A stretch of DNA of 64,000 nt from Thermoleophilaceae bacterium. GTDB lineage: Bacteria; Actinomycetota; Thermoleophilia; Solirubrobacterales; Thermoleophilaceae. Below, in pieces: positions 1-9,783 of the stretch; the first letter of the stretch is position 1; each line of letters opens with the position of its first letter. Location of the stretch: NCBI GenBank assembly GCA_036259535.1, contig DATABO010000065.1, forward strand, positions 13,624 to 77,623. The letters run 5' to 3'. The notes below the pieces were generated by a model that saw nothing but the letters and a program-made list of their open reading frames with translations, was not told where the DNA came from and did no database searches. The position numbers and the translations under genes were made by a program.

Positions 1-75
1 GGTGGTCAGCAGCAGCTTCTCCGCGGCGCGCAGCTCCTCGACGACCTGGTCGAGCTCGGTGCCGACTCCGCTCAC
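1..75 (-). CDS. First 25 codons of a DHH-family phosphoesterase (NrnA-like); gene runs off the window
   Basis: Reverse strand reads [27 protein letters not shown], a typical DHH/NrnA N-terminus and a usual neighbour downstream of rbfA. The GTG overlaps the rbfA stop (GTGA). Too short for certainty. Confidence 0.4.
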   Translation of the reverse strand, partial: MSGVGTELDQVVEELRAAEKLLLTT

Positions 76-428
76 GAGCGCGGTTCCTCTCCGTCGGCCT
101 CGTCGAGCAGCTGCGAGATCCGCATCCCCCGCTCGAGCGCCTCGTCGTGCATGAACCGCAGTGCGGGAGTGTGCTTGATCCGCAGCTCGCGGGCGATGCC
201 GGCTTGCAGGAAGCCGCGCGAGGACTCGAGCCCCGCGAGCGTGTCGGCGCGCTCCTCGTCGTCGCCGAGCACGCTGACATAGACGCGTGCGTGGCGGAGG
301 TCTGGGCTCGTGTCGACGGCTGTCACGGTGACGAATCCAACGCGGGGGTCTTTGAGGCCCCCTGCGATCCGGGCGGAAAGGACCTCCCTCAAGGCCTCGT
401 TCACGCGCCGCATGCGGTCGGCGGGCAT
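72..428 (-). CDS. rbfA: Ribosome-binding factor A
   Basis: MPADRMRRVNEALREVLSARI...VTVTAVDTSPDLRHARVYVSV is a classic RbfA sequence. I moved the start to the ATG at 428, 24 nt after the infB stop. The track ORF (to 545) overlaps infB. Confidence 0.9.
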   Translation of the reverse strand: MPADRMRRVNEALREVLSARIAGGLKDPRVGFVTVTAVDTSPDLRHARVYVSVLGDDEERADTLAGLESSRGFLQAGIARELRIKHTPALRFMHDEALERGMRISQLLDEADGEEPRS

Positions 429-451
429 CCTACTGCCCCAGGCCCGAATGC

Positions 452-2764
452 CTACTGAAGCGTCTTCTCGACCTGCCGGGTCTCGTAGACCTCGAGCACG
501 TCGCCCTCCTTGACGTCGGCGAAGTTCTCGAGCACGATCCCACACTCCATACCGGTCGTGACCTCACGGACGTCCTCCTTGAAACGGCGCAGAGAGCCGA
601 TCCGACCGTCGTAGACGATCGTCCCGTCGCGGACGAGCCTCACGGTAGCGCCCCGGCGCACCGATCCGTCGGTGACCATCGAGCCGGCGATCGTGCCGAC
701 GCGCGAGGCCCGGAAGATCGCACGAATCTCGACGGTGCCGACGGTCTCCTCGACGTCCTCGGGCTCGAGCATGCCCTCCATCGCGGCGCGCAGCTCCTCG
801 ACGACCTTGTAGATGACCGAGTAGCCGCGGATCTCGACGCCCTCGCGATCGGCGACCGCTCGCGCGTCGCCCACAGGGCGGACGTTGAAGCCGATGATCA
901 CGGCGTTCGAGGCCGACGCGAGCATCACGTCGGACTCGCTGATGCCGCCGACGCCGGTATGGATCAGGTTCACCGCGACCTCGTCCTGAGGCAGCTTGGC
1001 GATCTCGTCGGCGAGCGCCTCGAGCGAGCCGGCGACGTCGGCCTTGACGATCAGCGCCAGCTCGTTGATCTCACCCTTCTGCGCCCGCGCGAGGACGTCC
1101 TCGAGCGACACCTTGACGCCGGCCCGGCGCGCCAGCGCCTCGGTCTTGAGCCGGTTGGCGCGCTCGCCGGCGATCCGGCGCGCCTCACGCTCGTTGCCGA
1201 CCACGCGAAACTGCTCGCCGGCCTCGGGGACGCCGTCGAAGCCGAGGATCTCCACCGGGGTACCGGGCGTCGCCGCCTTGATCCGCTCTCCGCGGTAGTC
1301 GTGCATCGCGCGGGCACGGCCCGGATGCTCGCCGGCGACGATCGCGTCGCCGACCTTCAGGGTGCCGCGCGAGATCAGCACGGAGACGACGGGGCCGCGG
1401 CCCGGGTCGAGCCGCGACTCGATCACGACGCCGGAGGCCTCGGTGTTCGGGTTCGCCTTGAGCTCCTGGATGTCGGACAACGTCGTCAGCGTCTCGAGCA
1501 GCTCGTCGAGGTTCTGGCGCGTCTTGGCCGAGACGTCGACGAACTCGGTGTCGCCGCCCCAGTCCGCCGGCGTCAACTCGTGCTGGGCGAGCTCGCCGCG
1601 GACCCGCTGCGGATCGGCGCCCTCCTTGTCGATCTTGTTGACGGCCACGACGATCGGGACCTCGGCGGCCTTGGAGTGGTCGATCGCCTCGACGGTCTGC
1701 GGCATGACGCCGTCGTCGGCGGCGACGACGACGACGGAGATGTCGGTGACGCTCGCGCCGCGGGCCCTCATCGCCGTGAAGGCGGCGTGGCCCGGGGTGT
1801 CCAGGAAGGTGATCACGTGGTCGCCGTGGTGGACCTGGTAGGCGCCGATGTGCTGGGTGATCCCGCCAGCCTCCCCCGCGGCGACCTCGGCCTCGCGGAT
1901 CGCGTCGAGCAGCGAAGTCTTGCCGTGGTCGACGTGTCCCATCACGGTCACGACAGGCGGACGCTCGACGAGGTCGGCGTCCTCGTCCTCGAAGACGACG
2001 TCGTCGGTCACCTCGTCGGCCGCGCGAACGATCTGGATCTTCTTCTCGAACCCGTCGGCGAGGATCTCGATCGCCTCGTCGGAGAGCGTCTGGGTCAACG
2101 TCGCCATCTCGCCGAGCTCCATCAGCTTCTTGATCACATCGGGAGCGGAGAGGCCTAGCGACTCGGCGACCTCCTTGACCGTGGCGCCCGACTTGATGTC
2201 GGTGATCTGCTCCTCCTGCGGCTTCTCCTCCTGCTGGCTGAAGTCCGGCTCGACCCACGGCGTGCGGCGGCGACGGCCGCGGCGACGCGGCGGCGTCTGC
2301 TGCTGGGGGGGCGGGCCGGGCGCACGGCGCGATGCCTGGGAGTCGATCACGACGCGCCGCCGCCGCCCGCCGGCGGCGCTACCGCCACCGCCGTCGCGCG
2401 TAGGACGTGCCGATCGTTGGGATGACCCCGGGGCGCTCGCGCCCCCCGCGCCCCCCGCTGCGCCCTGGCTGGCTTGGGAACGGCTGGCGCCGCCCGTGCC
2501 CTTGCCGGCCTGCTGACCGGCTTGGCGAGGGGTCGACGCGGCGGGCTTGCCGTTGCCCGGGCGCGCGGTACCGGACTGGCGTCCGCCGCGGCCGTCCTCG
2601 GCCGGCGCCTTCTTGCCGCCGCTGAACGCGAGCTCGATGTCGGCCTCGTCGACGCTGGAGGCGGCGGCCTTGACGTTGAGGCCGGCGGCTTGGAGCTTGG
2701 CGATCACCTCCTTCGAGGGGATCCCCTTCTCCTTGGCTATTTCATGGACGCGCTTCTTAGCCAT
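452..2764 (-). CDS. infB: Translation initiation factor IF-2
   Basis: 770 aa with GTPase motifs [17 protein letters not shown] and NKID. Low-complexity Gly/Ala/Arg N-terminal region. Position after nusA. Confidence 0.97.
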   Translation of the reverse strand: MAKKRVHEIAKEKGIPSKEVIAKLQAAGLNVKAAASSVDEADIELAFSGGKKAPAEDGRGGRQSGTARPGNGKPAASTPRQAGQQAGKGTGGASRSQASQGAAGGAGGASAPGSSQRSARPTRDGGGGSAAGGRRRRVVIDSQASRRAPGPPPQQQTPPRRRGRRRRTPWVEPDFSQQEEKPQEEQITDIKSGATVKEVAESLGLSAPDVIKKLMELGEMATLTQTLSDEAIEILADGFEKKIQIVRAADEVTDDVVFEDEDADLVERPPVVTVMGHVDHGKTSLLDAIREAEVAAGEAGGITQHIGAYQVHHGDHVITFLDTPGHAAFTAMRARGASVTDISVVVVAADDGVMPQTVEAIDHSKAAEVPIVVAVNKIDKEGADPQRVRGELAQHELTPADWGGDTEFVDVSAKTRQNLDELLETLTTLSDIQELKANPNTEASGVVIESRLDPGRGPVVSVLISRGTLKVGDAIVAGEHPGRARAMHDYRGERIKAATPGTPVEILGFDGVPEAGEQFRVVGNEREARRIAGERANRLKTEALARRAGVKVSLEDVLARAQKGEINELALIVKADVAGSLEALADEIAKLPQDEVAVNLIHTGVGGISESDVMLASASNAVIIGFNVRPVGDARAVADREGVEIRGYSVIYKVVEELRAAMEGMLEPEDVEETVGTVEIRAIFRASRVGTIAGSMVTDGSVRRGATVRLVRDGTIVYDGRIGSLRRFKEDVREVTTGMECGIVLENFADVKEGDVLEVYETRQVEKTLQ

Positions 2765-4064
2765 CCACCGGAGCCTCCTCGACGACGTCGACGGCCGGCG
2801 GCTCGCCGGTCACGTAGTCGTTGTCGGTGTCGGTCAGCGCCTGATGCGCCGGCAGGCCGCAGTAGCGCGAGGCCGGGATCGACGCGTTCGGACAGCGCTT
2901 GCCGTTCGAGAGGATCGCGGCGCAGCGGCCCGCGGTCTCCTCCTCGTCGAGGCCGAGCGTCTCCTCCTCCTGCGCGAACTCGGTCTCCGAGCGGATGTCG
3001 ACGCGCCAGCCGGTCAGACGCGCTGCCAGCCGCGCGTTGAGCCCGTCCTTGCCGATCGCCAGCGACAGCTGGTCGTCGGGGACGATCACGGTCGCCTGCT
3101 TGGCGTCGTCGTCGACGAGAACCTCGCGGACGCGCGCCGGCGACAGCGCCTTGGCGACGAAGCGGGCCGGCTCGTCGTTGAAGGGGATGATGTCGATCTT
3201 CTCGCCGCGCAGCTCGGAGACGACCATCCGCACGCGCGACCCGCGCGGGCCGACGCAGGCGCCGACCGGGTCGACCCCGTTGGTGTGCGAGACGACCGCG
3301 ATCTTCGAGCGGTAGCCCGGCTCGCGCGCGACGTTCTGGATCTCGACCAGACCGTCGGCGATCTCCGGCACCTCGAGCTCGAATAGCGCGCGGATCAGCT
3401 CCGGCGAGCGGCGCGAGACGATGATGCGCGGGCCCTTCGACTCCGACGAGACGTCGGTGATGATCGCCTTCACGCGCGCGCCGTGGTCGTAGCGCTCGCC
3501 GGGCACCTGCTCGGAGCGCGGCAGCAGCGCCTCGACGCGCTCGCGCAGCTGGACGAGCGTGTAGCGAGAGTCGGACTGCTGGACGAGGCCGGTGATCAGC
3601 TCGCCGACGCGGTCCTGGTACTCGTCGAACATCATGTCGCGCTCGGCCTCGCGGACCCGCTGCAGGATCACCTGCTTGGCCGTCTGGGCGGCGATCCGGC
3701 CAAAGTCGCTCGGCGTGACGTCGCGCTCCTCGATCTGGTCGCTGTACTCGGCGAGGACGTCCGGATCGAGCTCCGGCTCCTCGGGCTCGCGCAGCTCACC
3801 GGTCTCGGGGTCGATCTCCGGCTCCTCCTGGGCCTCCTCGGCCTCGGCGAGCAGCCGCTCCTCGAGCTCAGGCGGCAGGATCAGCTCGTAGACGGTGAAA
3901 TCGCCGCTGTCGTGATCGATGTCGACGCGGGCGTACTTCGCGGAGCCGGGGCTCTTCTTGTAGGCCGAGAGCAGCGCATCGGCGAGCGCATCCATCAGCG
4001 TGTCGGTGGCGATGCCCTTCTCCTGGCCAAGCGCCCCGATCGCCTCGACGATCTCCTTGCTCAT
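2757..4064 (-). CDS. nusA: Transcription termination/antitermination factor NusA (435 aa) with Cys-rich C-terminal tail
   Basis: Starts MSKEIVEAIGALGQEKGI. S1 and KH regions present (VDPVGACVGPRGSRV). ATG at 4064 overlaps the rimP stop (ATGA). The track ORF to 4946 is a spurious N-terminal extension. Confidence 0.95.
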   Translation of the reverse strand: MSKEIVEAIGALGQEKGIATDTLMDALADALLSAYKKSPGSAKYARVDIDHDSGDFTVYELILPPELEERLLAEAEEAQEEPEIDPETGELREPEEPELDPDVLAEYSDQIEERDVTPSDFGRIAAQTAKQVILQRVREAERDMMFDEYQDRVGELITGLVQQSDSRYTLVQLRERVEALLPRSEQVPGERYDHGARVKAIITDVSSESKGPRIIVSRRSPELIRALFELEVPEIADGLVEIQNVAREPGYRSKIAVVSHTNGVDPVGACVGPRGSRVRMVVSELRGEKIDIIPFNDEPARFVAKALSPARVREVLVDDDAKQATVIVPDDQLSLAIGKDGLNARLAARLTGWRVDIRSETEFAQEEETLGLDEEETAGRCAAILSNGKRCPNASIPASRYCGLPAHQALTDTDNDYVTGEPPAVDVVEEAPVDG

Positions 4065-4543
4065 CCCGTTGCCTCCATTCCCGTGTCGTCGTCGGTTCGA
4101 TCGCCTGCCGCGCCGGCGCCGTCGACCAGATGGCTGCGCGCGATCTCGGTATACGGGATCGTCACCACTCCCGTGCCGGCGGCGACGGTCACCTCGGCGT
4201 CCGAAGCGCCGACCAGCTCGCCGGTGAAGTTGCGGTGGCCGTCGCGCGGCTCGCGAGTGCGCACGCGCGCCCGGCGACCGAGGAAGCGACGGAAGTGGTC
4301 GGGCTTGACCAGCGGACGCTCCGGCCCGGGCGAGGAGACCTCGAGCCCGTAGTCGACGAGCAGGCCCGCGAGCTCGTGGGTGACCTGCTCGCAGAGTCCG
4401 AGGTCGACGCCGTCGGGATGGTCGATCGTCAGACGCAGCCGCTCGGCGCCGATGCGCTCGCAGGACAGCAGCTCGACGAGCGGCAGCGGACCCGCCAGGC
4501 GGGCCTCGATGTCGCTGTGGAGCTGGTCGGTGTTGGTCGTCAT
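4061..4543 (-). CDS. rimP: Ribosome maturation factor RimP
   Basis: MTTNTDQLHSDIEARL...LEVSSPGPERPL (the SSPG motif is typical of RimP). Lies immediately upstream of nusA. ATG at 4543. Confidence 0.85.
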   Translation of the reverse strand: MTTNTDQLHSDIEARLAGPLPLVELLSCERIGAERLRLTIDHPDGVDLGLCEQVTHELAGLLVDYGLEVSSPGPERPLVKPDHFRRFLGRRARVRTREPRDGHRNFTGELVGASDAEVTVAAGTGVVTIPYTEIARSHLVDGAGAAGDRTDDDTGMEATG

Positions 4544-4550
4544 CAGGTCG

Positions 4551-4577
4551 AAAAAAAGGTGGGCTGCGAAGCCCACC
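4551..4577 (-). terminator. Intrinsic terminator/attenuator in the rimP-nusA-infB leader
   Basis: On the minus strand, GGTGGGCT-TCGC-AGCCCACC is a perfect 8-bp stem with a tetraloop, followed directly by TTTTTTT. It ends 8 nt before the rimP ATG. Confidence 0.6.
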
Positions 4578-4692
4578 TCCAGGCGCGACCGGAGGTCGCG
4601 GTACGTCTGAAAGTCCTAGCAGCGGACCAGTATAGACGGGCTTCCCGCGCCGATGTGGACGCCCGCGAGCGCCGAGCCCTAGTGTCCTCGGG

Positions 4693-5118
4693 GTGCCCGC
4701 AGCAGTCGAGGTCATAGACGCGTACATAGAGGCGCTTCCGGGCGAACGGCGACGGATAGCGCACGCCGAGTGGGGCCTCACGCTGTCGGCCGAGCAGGCC
4801 GGCGGGTGGCCGCTGGACGTCGGACTGCGCCTCGCCGACGGCCTGCTGACCGTAAAGGCGCACGCTCTGACCGATTCTGAGCACGTCGACCCGTGGATGC
4901 TGCTGTGGTGGAACCGCTCGACGCGGATGGCGCGCTTCAGCGCCAACCAGGGACAGGAGATCTGGGTTCACGGCGATCTGCCTGCGGCGGCGGTCGACGA
5001 GCTGGCGCTCGACCGCCTGCTCGGCCTCGTCGTCGAGGGCGCGATCGCGGTGCGCGACTTCCAACGCGCCAAGCGCGAGCCGCCCGCCGCCCAGGGCGGC
5101 TGGCTCAGCGTGGACTGA
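4693..5118 (+). CDS. Hypothetical protein, YbjN-like (putative sensory transduction regulator fold)
   Basis: 141-aa ORF with high third-position GC and a plausible globular sequence (LLTVKAHALTDSEHVDPWMLLWWNRSTRMARF...). GTG start without a clear SD. Family call is by eye only. Confidence 0.55.
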   Translation: MPAAVEVIDAYIEALPGERRRIAHAEWGLTLSAEQAGGWPLDVGLRLADGLLTVKAHALTDSEHVDPWMLLWWNRSTRMARFSANQGQEIWVHGDLPAAAVDELALDRLLGLVVEGAIAVRDFQRAKREPPAAQGGWLSVD

Positions 5119-5485
5119 GCCGGTCGCGCAGGTTACGGTAGTCGGCACGGTCGGGGCGCATCCCGGCGGCGAGCATCGCGTGGCGCCGAGCCTCCCTGAC
5201 GCGACCGGTCTTGACGAGCGCCTTGCCGAGGCAGAAGTGGGCGAAGTCGTTGACCGGGGCACGCTCCACGACGGCCTCGAACTCCTCTGCCGCCGGGCCG
5301 AAGCGGCCCGAGCGGAAGTAGGCCCGCCCGAGCGCCTCGCGAATCGAGGTCTTGTCCGGCTCGAGCTGGCGCGCCCGCTCGAGCGGGATCGCCGCCGCGG
5401 CGAAGTCCCCGCGCTCGAGCAGCTCACTGCCGCGCTTGTACAGGTCGTATACGCGCTCGCCCCGCTCCTCTGGCGTCTCGCTCAC
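5105..5485 (-). CDS. Tetratricopeptide-repeat protein (126 aa)
   Basis: VSETPEERGERVYDLYKRGSELLERGDFAAAAIPLERARQLEPDKTSIREALGRAYF has TPR-like repeats. The GTG at 5485 overlaps the coaBC stop (GTGA). The track ORF to 6337 is an out-of-frame extension over coaBC. Confidence 0.7.
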   Translation of the reverse strand: MSETPEERGERVYDLYKRGSELLERGDFAAAAIPLERARQLEPDKTSIREALGRAYFRSGRFGPAAEEFEAVVERAPVNDFAHFCLGKALVKTGRVREARRHAMLAAGMRPDRADYRNLRDRLSPR

Positions 5486-6744
5486 TGCGTCACCTCGCTT
5501 TGCGTCTTCCTGAGCGACTCGACGCAATCGAGTATGGCGGACGCCACGGCCCGCTTCGACGCGCGCGGGACCGGGTGCTCGCCGGCGGCCGTGAGCACTG
5601 TCACCTCGTTCTCGAGGCTGTCGAAGCCGATCCCCGGCTGGGAGACGTCGTTGAGGACGACGGCGTCGAGTTGCTTGCGCTCGAGCTTCTCGCGCGCGCT
5701 CTCGAGCGCCCCATCGCCGTGCTCGGCCGCGAAGCCGACGAGCGTCTGCCCGGGCCGCCGCTCGAGGGCGACGGCGGCGAGGACGTCGGTCGTGGGCTCG
5801 AGGCGGATCGTCAGGTCGTCGCGTCCGCCCTTCTTGATCTTGCCCGGCGCCGTCTCGGCGGGACGGAAGTCCGCGACGGCGGCTGCCATCAGCAGCACGT
5901 CGGCGCTTTCGAACTCGGCTTGCGTCGCCCGCTCGAGCTCGGCCGCGGTGGTCACCTCGACCAGCCGCACGCCGGGCGGCGGCTGGACCGCGAGGTTGGC
6001 GCCGAGCAGCGTCACGTGCGCTCCCCGCCGTGCCGCCTCGACGGCGAGCGCGACACCCATCCGCCCCGACGATCGGTTGCCGACGTAGCGCACGGCGTCG
6101 ATCGGCTCGCGCGTCCCGCCGGCGGTGACGAGCACGCGCAGGCCACGCAGCTCGCCGGCGTCCCAGCCGGCCGGCGCGATCGCTCGCTCGACGGCCGCGA
6201 GGACGTCGGCCGGGTCGGCTAGACGACCGGTGCCCCACTCGCCCTTGGAAGCGAGCTCTCCCGTTCCCGGCTCGACGATCTCGGCGCCGCGGGCGCGCAG
6301 CACGTCGAGGTTGGCGACCGTCGCGGGGTGTGCCCACATGGCGCCGTTCATCGCCGGCGCCAGGACGAGCGGCGCCGTGCAGGCGAGCGCTGCGCTCGTG
6401 AGCAGGTTGTCGGCCTGACCGGCGGCAAGCTTGGCGAGGGTGTTCGCCGACGCGGGCGCCACGACGTAGGCGTCGCAGTTGCGCACGAGCTCGAGGTGCG
6501 AGATCGGATCGTGGCCCGGCGCCGAGTCGCCGGGGAACGCTCCCCGTGCGGGGTCGCGCTCGAACTCCTCGACGAGGACCGGGGCGCCGGTCACGGCCTC
6601 GAACGTGGCCTTGCCGACGAAGCGCAGGCTGGTCGGCGTCTGGACGACGCGCACGGCGTGGCCGGCCTTCGTCGCCAGCCGCACGAGCTCGACGGCCTTG
6701 TAGGCCGCGATCCCCCCGGAGAGTCCGATCAGTAGGCGGGCCAT
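5482..6744 (-). CDS. coaBC: Bifunctional phosphopantothenoylcysteine decarboxylase / phosphopantothenate-cysteine ligase
   Basis: MARLLIGLSGGIAAYKAVELVR is the flavoprotein N-terminus. A CoaB half follows (GNRSSGRMG). Conserved position after rpoZ. Confidence 0.93.
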   Translation of the reverse strand: MARLLIGLSGGIAAYKAVELVRLATKAGHAVRVVQTPTSLRFVGKATFEAVTGAPVLVEEFERDPARGAFPGDSAPGHDPISHLELVRNCDAYVVAPASANTLAKLAAGQADNLLTSAALACTAPLVLAPAMNGAMWAHPATVANLDVLRARGAEIVEPGTGELASKGEWGTGRLADPADVLAAVERAIAPAGWDAGELRGLRVLVTAGGTREPIDAVRYVGNRSSGRMGVALAVEAARRGAHVTLLGANLAVQPPPGVRLVEVTTAAELERATQAEFESADVLLMAAAVADFRPAETAPGKIKKGGRDDLTIRLEPTTDVLAAVALERRPGQTLVGFAAEHGDGALESAREKLERKQLDAVVLNDVSQPGIGFDSLENEVTVLTAAGEHPVPRASKRAVASAILDCVESLRKTQSEVTQ

Positions 6745-6773
6745 CGGCTCGAGCTTCGCCGCCGGCCGGAACG

Positions 6774-7004
6774 CTAGTCCCGGTAGCGGTACTTGATCTT
6801 GCCCTGAGCGATCTCCTCGAGCGCGATGCCGAGGTAGTTCTTCGATCCGGTCTCGACCATCGGCGGCGGGTACTCGTCGAAGGTTCCCTCGCCGAGGTTG
6901 TGGTAGTAGCTGTTGATCTGGCGAGCGCGCTTGGCCGCGACGAGAACGCACGCGTAGTGAGAGTCGACGTGCTCGAGCAGCGTGTCCAGGCGAGGGTTGA
7001 TCAA
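6774..7004 (-). CDS. rpoZ: DNA-directed RNA polymerase subunit omega
   Basis: 76 aa. LLEHVDSHYACVLVAAKRARQI is the RpoZ core motif. Lies between gmk and coaBC. Confidence 0.9.
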   Translation of the reverse strand: MINPRLDTLLEHVDSHYACVLVAAKRARQINSYYHNLGEGTFDEYPPPMVETGSKNYLGIALEEIAQGKIKYRYRD

Positions 7005-7576
7005 GGTTCGTTCCTGACTTCGGGGGCACAGATGGTAGCGGCGAGGCCGATCAGCTCCCGCGTTGCCTGTTCGGCGTCGTCGTTGACGATCCTGTGACGG
7101 AACTCGTCCTGGGCCGCGAGCTCCTGGCGCGCGACGGCGAGCCGGCGCTCGATCTGCTCGCGGCTCTCGGCCCCGCGCGCGATCAGCCGCCGCTCGAGCT
7201 CACCGAGGTCGTCGCCCGGCGGAGCGATGAAGACCTGCTCCGCCTCCGGCATCGCGCCGCGGACCTGCCGCGCCCCTTGGAGATCGATCTCGAGGACGAT
7301 CAGCCGGGCGGGCCGCTGAAGCTCGCTACGCAGCGTCCCGTAGCGATTGCCCGCGTACTCGGCGTGCTCGACGAACTCACCCCGCGCGACTCGCTCATCG
7401 AATTCCTCGGCGCCGAGGAAGTGATAGTCGCGGCCGTTCACCTCTCCGTCTCGGGGATCGCGGGTCGTCGCCGAGACCGACAGCTCGGCGCCCGGGAAGC
7501 CGTCCAGCAGGCGGCGGATCAGCGTCCCCTTGCCGACGCCCGACGGGCCGGTGATCACCAGGACCGGTGTGTCCAC
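7001..7576 (-). CDS. gmk: Guanylate kinase
   Basis: P-loop GPSGVGKGT and SATTRDPRDGEVNGRDYHF. Stop/start overlap with rpoZ. Confidence 0.95.
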   Translation of the reverse strand: MDTPVLVITGPSGVGKGTLIRRLLDGFPGAELSVSATTRDPRDGEVNGRDYHFLGAEEFDERVARGEFVEHAEYAGNRYGTLRSELQRPARLIVLEIDLQGARQVRGAMPEAEQVFIAPPGDDLGELERRLIARGAESREQIERRLAVARQELAAQDEFRHRIVNDDAEQATRELIGLAATICAPEVRNEP

Positions 7577-7589
7577 GACCGCCTTCCGG

Positions 7590-7970
7590 CTAGCGCCTGA
7601 GGTAGGAGACCAGCTCGTTGCGCTGGCGCTCCGAGAGGCCGCCGATCGTCTTGCTCGGCGAGATGCGGCAGTGAGTGAGGATTCGGTTCACCTTGACGCG
7701 CCCGTACTTCGGGACCGCGAGCAGCAGGTCGAAGACCTTCGCCGTCGCCAGGTAGTCGGGCGGATCGAGCAGCAAGCCGTGGATCTGGATCCGTCCGGCC
7801 TTCAGATCCCGCTTCAAGCGCGCCCGCTCGGTGCGGATCTCGTTGGCGCGCTTGAGGGCGTCCATGCGCTGGGTAAGCGAGCGCTCGGGCGTGATCCCGG
7901 CCTGCCCATTGCGGGAGTCGCCGCCGCCCTTGGCCTGGGTCTGGGCGAGCGATTCGGGCGCGACCGGCAT
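7590..7970 (-). CDS. mihF: Actinobacterial integration host factor mIHF
   Basis: RMDALKRANEIRTERARLKRDLKAG...GLSERQRNELVSYL resembles mycobacterial mIHF. Conserved position directly upstream of gmk. The true start may be internal. Confidence 0.8.
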   Translation of the reverse strand: MPVAPESLAQTQAKGGGDSRNGQAGITPERSLTQRMDALKRANEIRTERARLKRDLKAGRIQIHGLLLDPPDYLATAKVFDLLLAVPKYGRVKVNRILTHCRISPSKTIGGLSERQRNELVSYLRR

Positions 7971-8083
7971 GGGCGGCGACTATACAGACGGATCGACGCA
8001 GTGGCGGTCCGAGAGGGCCATTTTTGAGGGAATTCACCTCGACCTCGACTCGAGCTTCAGGAAGCTTGCGCTTCCTTGACCCT

Positions 8084-8965
8084 TTAGGTGGCTTTGCAGG
8101 CACTTTGGAAGGCGGCGAGCTCGTCCCCGATCCGTCGACCCGCGGCAGGATCGCGAAAGCTCTCGGTGCCAACCGCGACTGCCGTAGCCCCGGCAGCCAG
8201 CAGGTCCGCCGCGTCGCGCCCGCAGGCGACGCCGCCCATTCCGATCACCGGTATGGCGACCCGCGCCGCTACCGAGGCGACCTGCTCGACCGCGACCAGC
8301 CTCACTGCCGGGCCCGACAGACCGCCGGTACGCGCCCCCAGCCACGGCTGATGCGTGCCGGGATGCAGCGGCATCCCCTTGAGGGTGTTGATCAGCGAGA
8401 CCGCGTCCGCGCCCGCGCCCTGGGCGGCCGCCGCGACGCCGGCCGGATCGGCCGCACTCGGCGTCAGCTTCGCGATCAGCGGCTTGTCGGTCGACGCCCG
8501 CGCCGCTCGCAGCGCAGCGGCCGTCTCGTCGGGATCGGCGCCGACCAGCGTGCCGGTCTCGACATTCGGGCACGAGAGGTTGAGCTCGACGAGCGACACC
8601 TCGTCGAACGCTCCCACCGCTTCGACGAGCGCGGCCAGCTCCTCGTGGCTGAAACCCATCACCGACACGCACAGCGGCACCGGCAGCTCAGCGAGCGACG
8701 GCAGGTCGAGCTCGAGAAAGCGAGCCAGGCCCTTGTTCGGCAAGCCGATCGAGTTGACCAGCCCGCTGGCGGTCTCCCACAACCGCGGCGGCGGGTTGCC
8801 CTCGCGTGGCTGAAGCGTGATCGTCTTCGAGACGAAGCAGTCGAAGGGGAACCGCTCCAGCAGCGCGTCGCCGAAGACCCGTCGGGCAGCGATCGCGTCG
8901 AAGGTGCCGGAGCCGTTGAGAATCGGCCCGCGCAGGGTGACGCCGCAGAGATCGACCTCGCTCAT
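8084..8965 (-). CDS. pyrD: Dihydroorotate dehydrogenase, class 1B catalytic subunit
   Basis: [31 protein letters not shown] and GGLSGPA motifs. ATG at 8965 overlaps the pyrK stop (ATGA). Confidence 0.9.
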   Translation of the reverse strand: MSEVDLCGVTLRGPILNGSGTFDAIAARRVFGDALLERFPFDCFVSKTITLQPREGNPPPRLWETASGLVNSIGLPNKGLARFLELDLPSLAELPVPLCVSVMGFSHEELAALVEAVGAFDEVSLVELNLSCPNVETGTLVGADPDETAAALRAARASTDKPLIAKLTPSAADPAGVAAAAQGAGADAVSLINTLKGMPLHPGTHQPWLGARTGGLSGPAVRLVAVEQVASVAARVAIPVIGMGGVACGRDAADLLAAGATAVAVGTESFRDPAAGRRIGDELAAFQSACKAT

Positions 8966-9783
8966 GCGAGCGCCTCGGCGGCGAACACCGGGCCGTCCAC
9001 GCAGACGCGGGCATAGCCGTCGGCGGTCGCGACCACGCAGCCGAAGCAGGCGCCGTAGCCGCAGGCCATGCCCGCCTCCAGCGCGAGCTGGGCCGGAACG
9101 CCCAGTGCGCTGCAGAGCTCGCGCACCGCGTCGAGCATCGGCTCCGGGCCGCATGCGTAGACGATCGCCCGCGGGTCGCGCTCGAGCTCGGCACGCAGCG
9201 GCTCGGTGACGAGCGCACGACGGCCCGTGGACCCGTCGTCCGTCGAGACGTCGGGCGAGCCGGCGAACAGCGCGGCCGCCTCTGCATGCCGCGCGGAGCG
9301 GAAGCCGAGCAGCACCGGGGCCTCCACAGCGTCGGCGCGAAGCTCGTCGTCCCAGCAGAGGATCGGCGCCACCCCGATCCCGCCGCCGACCAGCAGCGCG
9401 CGCTGGTCCTGTCGCGGTCGCGTGAAGCCGACGCCGAGCGGGCCAAGCAGCGCCAGCGGCTCGCCGGCCGCCAGCTCGCCCAGCCGGTGCGTGCCGGGGC
9501 CGACGTCCTCGAGCAGGAACGACAGGTCGACGCCCTGTCCGCCGGGCAGCGGCCGGGCGCGGGCGAAGGAGAAGGCGCGCGGTAGGTAGGGGCGCTCGCG
9601 ATCGCCCCCGCCCCAGCGCTCGCCGGCAGCCAGCATGTAGAACTGGCCGGGCCGCGGGTCGGCCGGGCCGATCGGGTCGCGGGCGACGATCAGGTCATAG
9701 GCGCCGACGCGCTCGACGCCCTTGACCTCGGCGATCCGTCGCTCGGGCGGTGCGAGCGTGCGGGGCTCGGTGGCCACGCTCAC
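8962..9783 (-). CDS. pyrK: Dihydroorotate dehydrogenase electron-transfer subunit (FAD/2Fe-2S)
   Basis: 273 aa. C-terminal cluster motif [13 protein letters not shown] and an FNR-like fold. Overlaps the carB stop. Confidence 0.9.
   Translation of the reverse strand: MSVATEPRTLAPPERRIAEVKGVERVGAYDLIVARDPIGPADPRPGQFYMLAAGERWGGGDRERPYLPRAFSFARARPLPGGQGVDLSFLLEDVGPGTHRLGELAAGEPLALLGPLGVGFTRPRQDQRALLVGGGIGVAPILCWDDELRADAVEAPVLLGFRSARHAEAAALFAGSPDVSTDDGSTGRRALVTEPLRAELERDPRAIVYACGPEPMLDAVRELCSALGVPAQLALEAGMACGYGACFGCVVATADGYARVCVDGPVFAAEALA

Noticed and set aside
959-2258. 399-aa (+) and 357-aa (-) ORFs inside infB.
   Set aside because: They are antisense or out of frame with IF-2. The sequences are Arg/Gly/Asp repetitive and have no motifs.
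4543-5427. 294-aa minus-strand ORF that would give the leader terminator at 4551-4577 an upstream gene.
   Set aside because: The sequence is Ser/Arg/Pro-rich and not protein-like. The plus-strand YbjN-like ORF and the TPR gene explain the coding signal better.
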